From positions 71,612,001-71,676,000 of the forward strand of contig NC_087437.1 of NCBI RefSeq assembly GCF_036321535.1: a DNA stretch of 64,000 bases. Direction: 5' to 3'. The DNA comes from Camelus dromedarius (lineage: Eukaryota). A model generated the notes under the pieces. That model did not search any database. It saw nothing but the letters and a program-made list of their open reading frames with translations, and was not told the DNA's origin. A program made the translations under genes and the position numbers. How positions within the stretch are numbered: the stretch's first letter is position 1; every line of letters begins with the position of its first letter. Below, one piece after another: positions 52,455 to 64,000 of the stretch.

Positions 52455-53641
52455 GTAAGTCTAGGTGGGATGATGAACAGTGTAACCTTACACGGAAGGA
52501 ACAGATGTGATGACGTGACCCTAGTCACTCAGGATGGTGCTCTGAATGGGGCTCCCACGTGCGGTAGGGTGGGATGGGTTTCTGGGCATGGCATATCCAA
52601 GGTCTTGGAGGGAAGAGTAGACTCTGGGGAGTTTTTTAGAATATACATATTGAGGCTATAGCCTCTGTCTCCTTTGAAGAACTGAGATCTTAAGGGGGTG
52701 GAGAGCATGTTTTTAAAAAGTCCCCCTATTTCCACTTTGAGAACTCACTGCTTTAAGGCAACTCTAGCTAACCCAGTCTGAAATTTTTGGGTACATTTTT
52801 TAGATTTGCCCATAGCAACCTGTGATACCATAATCATGTGAGTGGCATGTTTGACTGAAAAAGTGGATGATCCTTGCTCTCTTACCTCTTGAAGTATTTG
52901 TTGCTCACCCCCAGAGGCTGGTCAGTTTCAGTACAAAGGTTCTCATCAGATAGAAGACAAGTCTCAAGTACCTGAGACATGATCCCTGGCTCCTACCCTG
53001 AATACCACTTGGTATTACCAAGGGGATTTTTATCTTTTGCAGCCTGGTCCTTTGGTTTGGACCATGAGACTTTTAGTACCTTTCCTTTCTCTTGTGCAGA
53101 GTAATGGGTCAGGGACCAGTTTCAATCTTAGGGATCCTTTTGGACTTGGAACCTTCTGGGTTGTGGCCAAGATATCCTGGGCAAACTTACAGCTTTCGAA
53201 AGTAGAACAGGGGGATTTCTCTGTGTTTAGATTGCATTGTTATCATTTGATTGGCTATAAAATAGTATAAAGATGTGATTCTTAGGTAATGAAACTGATT
53301 AAAAGGGGAAAGAATGCACATGATAACATAAGTTGTCTCCTTCAGAGTGGTTACTTTGGGAAGTTCAGTATTTATTTTGATGTGCTGCTGTTGCTCAAAG
53401 TGTAATTGAAAGCCATCACTTGAAATTTCATTCAGAACCTTCCTCCCTTACTTTTTGTATTTCCAGTGCTGGAAAAAACTTTGTTTTTTGAAGGTAGACT
53501 GAACGTGAAAGTAGTTATAAGTCATTTGGAGTGAATGGTAAATGAGGGAGGAGAGATCAACTGAATAATACTTCTTTGATACCGAGATATTTACTGAAAT
53601 GGCTTATAAATTAGATTTAAAGGCAATTTCAGAAGAAAATA

Positions 53642-54047
53642 CAGTTGACTCTTGAACAACACGGCGATTAGAGGTGCCGATCCTCCACACAGTCAAAAAT
53701 CCACTTATGGGGGGTAGGGTATAGCTCAGTGGTAGAGCACATGCCTAGCCTGCATGAGGTCATGGATTCAATCCCCAATACATTAGTTAAATAAAAAATA
53801 ACAATAATAAATAAATAAATAAATAAACCTAATTATTCCCGTCCCCCCGAAGAAAAAAAAAACCCAAAAACCAACCAAACAGAAAAAATCCACTGATAAC
53901 TTTACGGTCAGTCCTCCATATCTCTAGTTCTGCATCTGTGGATTCAACCAACTGTGGATTGTGTAGCACTGTAGTATGTATTTATCTAATAATCTACACA
54001 TAAATGGACCTGTGTAGTTCAAACCTATGTTATTCAAGAGTCAACTG
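53642..54047. mobile_element. Tigger/MER8-like Tc1-mariner MITE, interrupted by a SINE
   Basis: Perfect 15-bp TIRs CAGTTGACTCTTGAA flanked by TA on both sides. Confidence 0.88.
53709..53883 (+). mobile_element. Camelid tRNA-derived SINE (vic-1-like)
   Basis: GGGGG..TATAGCTCAGTGGTAGAGC A-box, GGATTCAATCCCC B-box, A-rich tail, TSD AAAAATCCACT. Confidence 0.88.
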
Positions 54048-54410
54048 TAGTTTTAAGCAATAGTGGTATTAATGAAATCATATTTTCTTCCATGAGAACT
54101 AATTCCAAGCATATCACTTATATGCCTGAATTCTTATTATGATTATTAAAAACAATTCTTGTGATCTTATAGTTGTATCTTGTACTTTTCTAAATCAATA
54201 TGAAAGGAATATGATTTTAGTATATAAAATCCTTGAGCTAAATTTAAGCTGTGGCCAAAAAGTTAAGTCTTTGAACACATCAGAAATGATTTCACTAGAC
54301 TCAGGTCTCTATATTTCTCTTAGAATTAAAACTCTACATTCTTTTGTTCCCTGCCTTACCAAATCTGTATAACAAAGTGGCTGGAGTCATTTTGGGAACG
54401 ACCAAATTGT

Positions 54411-54525
54411 GGGGCTGCTACTTGGAGTCGTGCAGGCTGTGCACTGCACGACTCCAAGGGGGGACTATTTACATGACCGAGGATATTAATGGTACCTTCT
54501 GGAGTTGTGCAGTGTGGAAGCCCTG
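54411..54525. mobile_element. MER91-like hAT MITE with perfect 15-bp hairpin
   Basis: GTGCAGG.TGTGCACTGCAC.ACTCCA.GGGG ... GGAGTTGTGCAG recalled as MER91. Confidence 0.65.
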
Positions 54526-55055
54526 CCATGTTGGTTTAGTGCCTTTTTACTTGAGTAACTATTTTCACATTTTATGAAATTATACAATACCCTCAAAATT
54601 CATCTCTTATTATGATAGGTTCTGTGCTTAAGGTGTTTGCACGGACACAAACTGAACCTCTCTAAAGTGATCACAGTTTATCTTTTAGGAATCTTTAAAG
54701 TTGCCTCATTCCATGGACTATCATTTGAAAACTATAACTTCAATTAAACTAACTCATTTTGAATTATATACTATCCTGTTTTATTCACTGTTTTAGTATA
54801 ATGTGTGCCTGCTTGGTGAGTTTAGTGCTTAATTTCTGTAAGACACCTAAAAATAGTCTGTTATTTTCTACAAGACAGCTAAAAGTAATCAATCCATTTT
54901 AATATTTAAATTGAGAATATTGATTGCTTCCTCGAAAGAAAGATGTTTTGGTCTCAGGATTTTGAATCCATTTTCAGCCATTAAAATCCAGCACATACTA
55001 ATATTTTATAAGAAACCTTTTTTACTTTTTAAAGAAAGTTCATCTTTTTTTGCAG

Positions 55056-55103
55056 AATACTATGACTGATCTTACAGTTCATCGGGCAACTCCTGAAGAT
55101 CTG
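55056..55103 (+). CDS. SPICE1: SPICE1 coding exon, 48 nt
   Basis: TTTTTTTGCAG acceptor; NTMTDLTVHRATPEDL; GTATGT donor; in frame. Confidence 0.93.
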
Positions 55104-55609
55104 GTATGTTTACTATGGAAAGTTGCGGGATTTGTTAAATGTTTTATTTGATACTTGGTTTCTGACCTTCAGAATAAAAACCAGAAGCACTTCTTGGAAG
55201 TTATTCAGTTAATTTTAATCTTGTTTATGTCTATATAAAATCAAAAAGCATGTGTCCTGGACTTCCTTATTTTACCTAGGGATATCAATTGGCATGTATT
55301 AGAATTTTATTAGATAGGATCTGTTTACTGTTCAAATCTCTCTAGTCTTGTATTGTCCTCTACACATCTATGGTCTTTTTCTAGCTGTAGATATCACTGG
55401 CATTATTTACTATTATTTCTCTACACAAATATACATAGTAATTTTTTTCTCAAACTGTGCCATGTATATTTCCACATTTGTGCCCCAGTTCATGCTATTC
55501 TCTTTACTTGGAAGTTTCCCTACCTTCTTCTCCACCTGTCCGAATCTTAACTTTGCTTCCTTATACTAGTTCAAGTCTTACTTTTTTTTTTTTAAGTTTC
55601 TACTATAAG

Positions 55610-56960
55610 TTTATTTTTAAACAGCTTTATTAGGATATAATTTACATACCATAAAATCTACACTTTTAAAGTGTACAGTTTATTGCCTTTTAGTATATTC
55701 ACAGTTATGCAACCATCATCACTTTGTAATTTTATAACATTTTTATCACCCTCCCAGAAGTAATCCTTTTCCCATTAACAGTCACTCTTTATGCCTCCCT
55801 GCATGTATCAATACTTCATCCTTATTATTGCCAAATATTATTCCATTGTATGGATATACTATATTTTATTTATCCATTCATCAGTTGTTGGATATTTGGG
55901 TTGTTTCTAATTTTTGACTATTATGAATAATGCTGCTCTGAATATTTGTGTACAGGTTTTTGTGTGAACATACGCTCAGTTCTCTTGGGTATATACATGA
56001 AAGTATGACCGCTGAGTCATATGCTATCTCTATATTTAACTTTCTAAGGAACTGCCAAAGGGTTTTCTAATGCGGCTGCACCATTTACATTCTCACCAGC
56101 ATGTATGAGGATTCGTTTTTCCATACTCCTTGTGAACATTTATCATTGTCATCTTTTTGGTTTTAGTTCTCCTAGAGGGTATAAAGTAGAATTTCATTGT
56201 GGTTTTGATTTGCATTTCCCTAATGACTAATGATGTTGAGTATCTTTTCGTATGCTTTTTGGCCATTTGTTGTATCTTCTTTGGAGAAATGTTTGTTCGA
56301 ATCCCTTAGTTATTTAAAAATTACCAGAGGAAAGATGTGACTACAATGAACTGGACTTGATGAAAAGAGAAATGCAAAAAACTTTTTTAAAAATTGGATT
56401 ATTTATGTTTTTATTGTTGAGTAGTAGGAGTTCTTTATATATTCTGGATACAAGTTTCTTATCAGATACGTGATTTGCAAATATTATCTTCCATTCTGTT
56501 GGTTGTCTTTTTGCCTTCTTGGTGGTATCCTTTGAAACATAAAAGTTTTAAATTTTGGTGAAGTCTAATTTATGTAATTTTTCTTTTCTTACTTGTGGTT
56601 TTAGTGTCATATGTAAGAAACCATTGTCTAAGCAAGGTTCAAAAATTACTTCTATGTTTTCTTCTAGGAGTTTTAAAACTTTAGCTCTTATGTTTAGGTC
56701 TTTCATCCAGTTTGAGTTATTTTTGTGTATGGTGTGAGGAAGGGGTCCAACTTCATTCTTTTACAAATGAATATCCAGTTGTCTAAGCACCTTTTATTAA
56801 ACAGACTGTTCTTTCCTCATTGAATTATCTTGGCACCCTTGTTGAAGATCAGTTGTCTGTAAATATGAGGGCTAATTTGGACTTACATTTCTATTCTTCT
56901 GATCTATATGTCTGTCCTTCTGCCAGTACCATACTCTCTTGAGTATTACAGTAAGTTTGA
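55610..56960 (-). mobile_element. L1MB-type 3' end
   Basis: Colinear with 49810-51160. Confidence 0.8.
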
Positions 56961-58084
56961 AGTCCTATTTTTTGAAGCTGCCCAACAGTTGCTATCTCCT
57001 CTGAACTGTCCTTATACTTAACTACTAACATAAGGCATTGAGCATATGCCCTCTAATGCATGTCATTTATCTTTATATGCATATGTCCAATCTCCCTGGG
57101 CAGATTATTAATGCTTTGGAGGGATAGAGGCCATATCTTATATGTCTTTGTGGATCTAGGAATAGTAATCCTAGTAGGTACTCATTAAATGTTTATTGAG
57201 GATAATAATGATGTCCAACTGACTTAAAATTTTTTTTATTATGAAAAATTTTAAACTCACATGAAAGTAGAGACAAAAGTGTAAAGAACTCCTATGTACT
57301 GTTCACTTGGATGTAAAAGTTATGAAAATATTGCCATAATTGTTTCATTTATCATACCTTTTTCACTGTAGCATTTTAAAGCAAAGCCCAGAGAACATGT
57401 CATTTTGTGCCTACATATTCAGTTTGCATTATAAAAAATAGACATTTTCTTATATATAATCACAATGCCATTATCATACCTGACAAAAGTAACATTAATT
57501 TTTGGTATTACCTAATTTCCAGTCCATATTCATATATCCCTGATAGTCTCAAAAATGTCATCTTCATTTGTTTTTGTGAGTTAGAATCCTTACATAGTAT
57601 TTGGTTGTTAGTCTCTTAATGGACTGATTTCTTATTTACATGATGCAAACTCAGCAATACATTTTATCAGGTGACATACAGGTTTTGTTCATATTTATAG
57701 TTCTGAATGCCGGAGTGCTTGTAAAACCAATATCTGCTTTTATTCCTTAACAACCTTAGCAAATTTCTCCCCTCTAACTCTTAAGCTGTGGCTCATATCT
57801 CAGCTTCTGCTTCAGGAATTTCACTTCCTTGGAGTCCTGTGTCTCCAGTGACCCACTTCCACGTGCAGCCATTGCAGGGCTATAGAAACACTGCACAGTT
57901 AGTTCTTGGTGGTGATGTGAATATCATGGAATGGGTGTGGCTTTGCCAAAGATGACTCAGTGGGTTTTGTGCCTTTTATGTTATACTCAAGTCAGTTGTA
58001 TGTGTGTAATTGTACATGTACACACATATGTAACTGAAAAGTTTAACAAAACAATTTTCAACTTTCATTATGTGCAGTGTGTCC

Positions 58085-58193
58085 TTTCCTTAAATTGAAA
58101 TATAGCCAATTTACAATGTTATATCAATTTCTGGTGTATAGCACAATGTTTCAGTCATACATGAACATACGTATATTACTTTTCATATTCTTC
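58085..58193 (-). mobile_element. Short young L1 3' end
   Basis: Similar to 3990-4085; imperfect TSD TGTGCA(G/A)TGT. Confidence 0.6.
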
Positions 58194-58583
58194 TGTGCAA
58201 TGTATTCTTAATATTTTCTGTTTTATATTTTGTTTTATTTTATAAATGTTTGATCCACTAGTTTATTTTACCACTCATTAACTAAGTCTCCAACTGCAGT
58301 TTGAAAAAGACTGCTTTATTGGATAGGCTTGTACAAAAGAAGTAGAAATTAACATTCTTTTCATTTTGTCTTTTAGCTAGGTCTACTAGTTTTAGATACT
58401 TCTTTTTGTAAATCATTTTTGAAAATTTAGAAGATTGTGAAAATGGCTGTGAATATATATAAATATACATATGTTGGACTAGAAAAAATTTTCAAAGATA
58501 GACTACATTAGATGGTCCTATCATCTGAATAGGCAAGTTCTTTGTCTCTGAAATATTCTTGTAAATTTTTTTCTTCTATATAG

Positions 58584-58727
58584 ATACGTCGTCATGAAAT
58601 ACACAAATCGAAGAATAGAGCATTAGTACACTGGGAGCTCCAAGAAAAAGCTTTGAAGAGAAAATGGAAGAAGCAGAAACCAGAAATTTCTAATCTTGAG
58701 AAAAGGAGATTGTCTATCATGAAGGAG
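58584..58727 (+). CDS. SPICE1: SPICE1 coding exon, 144 nt
   Basis: TAG acceptor; [54 protein letters not shown] donor. Confidence 0.95.
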
Positions 58728-58973
58728 GTAATGCTAAACTGCATTATCTGTAGAGTTAGGAAAAGAAGGGATAAGTAGGTTTCTCTCTTTCCCTCCATAT
58801 TTGATTCACATTGGAGAGACTCTAGTTATTATTGTGTCCTCATTCAACTATCCACATATGGACTTTCGAAGAAAGGAAGAGTGACAATTAGAGTCTAGTC
58901 TGGTGCTTTGAATTCCTGCCCTACAGCTTATTAGCCACATGACCTTAAATTAACTTCTCAGCCTGAGTTTTCT

Positions 58974-59120
58974 TTTTCCTTTTTTTTTTTTTTTTTTTTT
59001 TGAGCGGGGTAATTAGGTTTATTTGTTTGTTTATTTATTATTTAATGGAGGTACTGGAGATTGAACCCAGGACCTCATGCATGCTAAGCATGTGCTCTAC
59101 CACTGAGCTATACCCTCCCC
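58974..59120 (-). mobile_element. Camelid tRNA-derived SINE inserted in a MIR
   Basis: A/B boxes, long pure T tract, 18-bp TSD TCTCAGCCTGA(G/A)TTTTCT at 58956-58973 and 59121-59138. Confidence 0.9.
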
Positions 59121-60960
59121 TCTCAGCCTGAATTTTCTGATCTTTAAAACTGGAATAATACTATTTGCTTGATTGTATTGTTTTGAGAATTCAGTGATAA
59201 AATACTAATATAGTGATGAACATAGTCTTTGGCACATAATTAGTGCCACATATATATATGGCATATATATAATATTTATATATATATATATATAAGTTGC
59301 TATAAATATTTTTCTCAGTTCTAATAGCCATGCTGTTAGACTACTTTACCAAAAAAAAAAAAAATAATGTTGTGTGCTTGTCTAAGAAGTTAGTAAGCCA
59401 CTTGTCTTTGGCTTAATCTCTTGCTGGATGGAGGTGTTTGAATAAATAAACAGAATAAACAATATGGGAAATAAGAGGAAACTACAGCAAAAAAACCTTT
59501 TATTTGGGCTGAAATCAATATAAAAGAAATGTCCTTTTTTTTCTTGCTCAGTGCTGCTTCCTATTCAGTGTTGAAGGTTATTGCACTTGGCTGTCTGGGT
59601 GACCTTCTACTGTAGCTTTAAGTGACACTCTGTCTTTTGAGGAATTCATCAGGCTTCTTAGTGAAATATGAAAATCTTGACCTTATGTATCACTAGGAAG
59701 AATTATATCTCTGAAATAAATGTTTACATGAGTTTATAGAAAGAACAGTGGGTTGAGAGAGGATGTTCCTTAGAGGTGTATATCTTTTGGTGATCTTAGA
59801 CAAGTCACGTACATTTAAATGTTATGTAGTAATTCTCAGGGAAAGACCTAAGAACACAGATCTGGTCAGGGAAAGAGGAGGCCCCTTTGAGGTGACTCTG
59901 GGCTTTTGTTTCCCCTCCCTAGTGGTCCCTGCTCATGTCTTGAATTTCTTATACCTTGTATGTAGTAGATGTTGTAGAATTAGGGGTTGAAGAAGAGTAG
60001 TGAGGGGGAGAGAGTGAAATTTCTCTGCCTTCCTTTGGTAATGCCGCTTCCTCCTGCTCTAGTGTAGTGTTTCTCAACCCTGACTGACTAATTTCCATTA
60101 AAAAACCAGTCTCTGGACTCAGCCGTATTTATACTTAGATATCTGATTCAGTGGACCTGGGATGTGACTCCACTTAGGTATTTTTTTAGACAGTTGCTAT
60201 GTAATTTTAGTATTTTGTTGGAGCTGAGAACCTCTGCTGTTAGCGGGATTCAGGCATTTCCATTTAACAACATTTCTTGAAGGTTATGCCATGTCAGTAT
60301 TTAGAAATCTACTTTTCTTTTTAGTAGCCATATAGTATACGAATGTAGCACAGTTTATTTATTCAGTGCTTTACTGGTGGACATTTAGGATGTGTATTAG
60401 AGTATAGTATAAGCACCTGGACAAAAAGACCCCCAAACATAGTGGTTGAAACAAAATAGAAATGGATTCCTCTCTTATGGTACAGCTTGGAGGTCCATGG
60501 TAGTTGGTAGGGGGCTCTCTGGTCCTTTATTACAGGACTTCAGTGTCTGAGTACAAATGGCTGTTCCAGCTTCCTTCAGCTGTATTCCAGGCAGCATGAA
60601 TGGGAAGGAGAATGCATGCTACTCCTTTTACACACCACCCAGAAGCTCTGCTGCTGTCCCTTTGTCCAGAAGTTCAGAACATGACCATTCTTACCTGCAA
60701 GGGTATTTGGCAAATTAGCTATGTACTTGACTAACTTGGGAATTCTACTGTTACAGGGAAAATGGAAAGGATATTGGTGGGTAAGTAGCAGTGTCTGCCA
60801 CCCACAGATTATTTCCTGCCTTGTCATTATAAATAATGTCATGAATATCCTTGAAATGTTTTTGAGTACATGTATTAATATATTTGTAGGATAAACACTT
60901 AAAAGTGGAATTGCTGAGTCAAAGGATGCATACATCTATTGTGTCAGTATTGCTAAATCT

Positions 60961-61660
60961 GTAATGTCTCTGATAAGGGAGTGTGGGGACCAACGGAAGA
61001 GGCCTCTTTGGGCATATCCACCTCGGTCTTATCAATATGGGCTAGAGCTATCAGGACCCATCCCCCAGAAGCTGGGCTCCTCAATTAACGTAAATTAAGA
61101 GAAAGGCTCTTTGACCCGCAAAGTCTTGTATTTCATTTGCTGTATGATACACTCATGCCATGGGAATCAAGCAAATAATAGTTCACATCCAAATCAGAGA
61201 AAGGGGGGCTTTGATAAGATTTTATAAATTCTTAAAGTATAATTACTAACCTAGTCTCTGTACTTTCCCAATTCTGTCTGGTTTTTATTACCAGAGAGCA
61301 AAACTGCTAGCATGAGAAGTTTCCAATAGTGTTTTTGAAGGGACCTTGACTGATCTTTTGAAAATCCAAGATGTGTTCTACCTATTCATAAGTTTGGCTT
61401 TGTGCTCTACAAACCCATCTGGAGAAACAATATGTACACAGATTGATTTACCTGTCATGACGATGAGTTCTCGCACAGAGGAGCAGTAAAGAAATCTACA
61501 AAGAACGAGGGAAAGCCAATGCACTGACCTCTGGCCACTCAAACCATCTGCTCCAAAGAGCCTGGACAGAGGCTAGCAGAGGGCTGCAGGGCAGTGGCTT
61601 TACTGGAGACCTCATTATAATTAATACCCAGTCTTCATATGATAAAATTATTCCTCCACA
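60961..61660 (-). mobile_element. Probable ERV solo LTR (~700 bp)
   Basis: Minus strand begins TGTGGAGG; 4-bp flanking repeat ATCT; interrupts an L1 fragment. Confidence 0.55.
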
Positions 61661-63117
61661 ATCTGCTTCTGTCAATTTGTATCTCTTTATTTTGATAGGA
61701 GGTCAAGCCTTTTTTTTAAAAAAAAAATGGTGAACTCTTAAACCTGCCATCAGGAAATATATTTTGTGTAATTTTTCTAGTATAAATAATAGATTATAAT
61801 GCTCATTTACTTTCTTTCCTAAGCTCTAATTGGTGTACTGCATGATGGCTTCTAACCAGGGATGGAAATTTAAGTTGTACATTCTCAAATATTTATAGAG
61901 TTGTATGCAGATTTTCAGTCCACAACCTTATAACACCCCTGTGGGCTGGGAGGTAGTTGTATCTTCATTTACATATCGGGAGATTGGGAAACTAAATTTA
62001 AAGAGGTTGGATTTTGCTTAGCGTGTCTTGACCAGACCTAGGATGCCAGTCTTCTGGTTTCAGATGTGCTCTTTACCATACGCCATTCCAAAGTTTACTC
62101 TTTGTGGAAGGAACAAATTCAGGACTTCTCACTTACTGAGCCAGCTAACCTGCTTGGCTTTAGCAGGGGAGAAGGAGAAAAAGTCAAATGTGACTCTCGT
62201 TATTTTTCTTCACATCCTAAAACAATAACTGAGGTCATACTATATATTTGTTTCCATGGTCTAGAGAAATTCCAGTAAGAGCATTTGTTACTAGATGTTT
62301 TGATTTCAGTCAGTGTTGCAAACTGGGCAGTTTCCAATTCTGAGATTCTTTCCATCCTAAGAGTGCCTTCTAGTGGTGGTGGATGGAGTTAACTTGCTTT
62401 TACTCCAGCCTATGTGTCTGTCCTTACTGTAATTAAGCAAGTTCTAAGTTGAAAGTGCATAGTCAGAGGCACCACTGTAATGGTATTTTTTGAGTTCTCA
62501 TCTCTCCAGGATAAAAACTGAGCTTGTTTATAAATGCAGAAGCATCATTTTTTTTTTGTTTAATGTCTTCAAACTCAAACCTCACCACATGTTTTTTAAG
62601 TTGTGGGTCATGATCCACTGGTGAACTATGAAATCAGTTAATGGTTGAAATACCAAAGATTCACATCTCTGAGTTTATGGCTCCGAGATTCATATCTTTA
62701 ATCAATGTTTTTCAAACTGTGGATCACAACTTGTTAGTGGATTGTAAAATCAAGTTAATGGGTTGCAACCATCATTTGAAAAAATAGGACAGAAACTAAA
62801 AAGAAAATATCAGAGTGGTTCTCAAAGAGTAAGATTAAGCAAAACTTTTATTTTGGTGTGTATCTATCTTTATGTTTGTGTGTGGACTGGGTCATAATTT
62901 AATAATTCTTTGGATCTAAGGCAAGCATTTGGAATCCACTTATTATTGTAATAGCCCCATCTACTGGTACTTAAAGATATTGCCACGGAAGGACTTTAGG
63001 TTATTTTTATGCTCCCGCCTTTATAGAGACTTTTCCTTTGTGATTTGTTAAGTATTTATGTGTGTGTGTATATATATATATATTTCTGAACAATATTTAT
63101 CATTAACATATGTCTAG

Positions 63118-63220
63118 ATTCTTTCTGATCAATACCAGATGCAGGATGTATTGGAAAAAACTGATCGTTTGATGGCTACAGCAAAAGATCTATTTGTTGA
63201 TTTTCCTCGTAGGCGCACAG
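63118..63220 (+). CDS. SPICE1: SPICE1 coding exon, 103 nt
   Basis: TAG acceptor; [34 protein letters not shown](G); CAG|GTGAAG donor. Confidence 0.93.
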
Positions 63221-64000
63221 GTGAAGTATTCAAATCAAACAAAAGCTTCTTTATCTTATAAACCATAGTCCATACCTGGCTATTTGGAAGAATTTAAAAT
63301 CTTTTTTCAGGCATCGTATTATTTATATTATGTGTATTCTAGAGCGGATAGCATGCAAGAGTTGTTAGGCATAGATTTATTATAATTTATTTGCTTTTCA
63401 CTAAGAATATTAACTATTACAAATTACTCAGCTAAGGAAAGGTAACTTTATTTACTAAGATATTTTATGGTGAAATATATAAGATCATAATTTAAAATAA
63501 GACTTAATTTCAGATTATTAATATTAAATTACCATATAATTAAAGTATCTGTTTTGTATATAATTTGAGTAAAGCTTAGTCTGAAACTTAAAGCAACCTC
63601 AGTCTCTCTCTAAGGGGAACTTTTCCTTTTGTGAGATACACATTATTCACTTCAATGTGTATATAATCTATTGTTTATCTTAATCCCTGAAAACAGATCA
63701 TTAGTTTTCAGTTTAAGGTTTGAATCCTGGCTTGGCCACTCACTAGTTTGACTCTGTGCCAGCCAGTTACTTCATGTCTCTGAGTTTCAGTTTTCCCATA
63801 TGTAAAACACTTATAGTAACAACCTCGTAGGATTTTGTGAGGGTGAAACAATTTAATTTGTGTGAACGTGTTTAGAACAGTGCCTTACATATAGTAAGCA
63901 CTATGTAAGTGTGACTTGCTATTATTATGATTATGATTATGATTAAGATTTTCATGATGATTCAAACCTATGGCAGTGTTTAGTGCGTGTGAAGTCAATT

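Noticed and set aside
52455..52661. Extension of the SPICE1 ORF to 101 aa
   Set aside because: Read-through past a consensus GTAAGT donor into intron
53709..53780. tRNA-like sequence (also 21925-21997, 24545-24621, 59050-59120)
   Set aside because: SINE heads with A-rich tails and TSDs, not tRNA genes

Overview
Mammalian genomic DNA, most likely camelid, judged from four tRNA-derived SINEs resembling vic-1. Two protein-coding genes lie head-to-head. SIDT1 is on the - strand: exon 1 CDS 31682-31891, a 28.6-kb intron 1, exon 2 at 2927-3048 and exon 3 at 1753-1923, continuing off the left edge. SPICE1 is on the + strand: CpG promoter and non-coding exon 1 near 46.0-46.1 kb, coding exons 52356-52454, 55056-55103, 58584-58727 and 63118-63220, continuing off the right edge. 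The ~14-kb spacer between their CpG islands is almost entirely retro-derived. It holds a decayed gamma-like (ERV1) provirus with gag/pol/env remnants, a nested solo LTR and an apparently inverted 3' LTR half, plus a near full-length PTP4A1 (PRL-1) processed pseudogene that retains the remnant of the PRL 5'-UTR uORF. Introns are filled with L1, L2/MIR, MaLR/ERV LTRs, DNA-transposon fossils and microsatellites. I see no convincing new multi-gene system. The best leads are the PTP4A1 retrocopy facing away from the SPICE1 promoter, a tandem GC/GT donor that would set the SPICE1 Kozak context, RFX/NRF1 motifs, a perfect hairpin in a MER91-like element, and unidentified retro-insertions. Gene, orthologue and repeat-family names come from recalled sequences, not from database searches.
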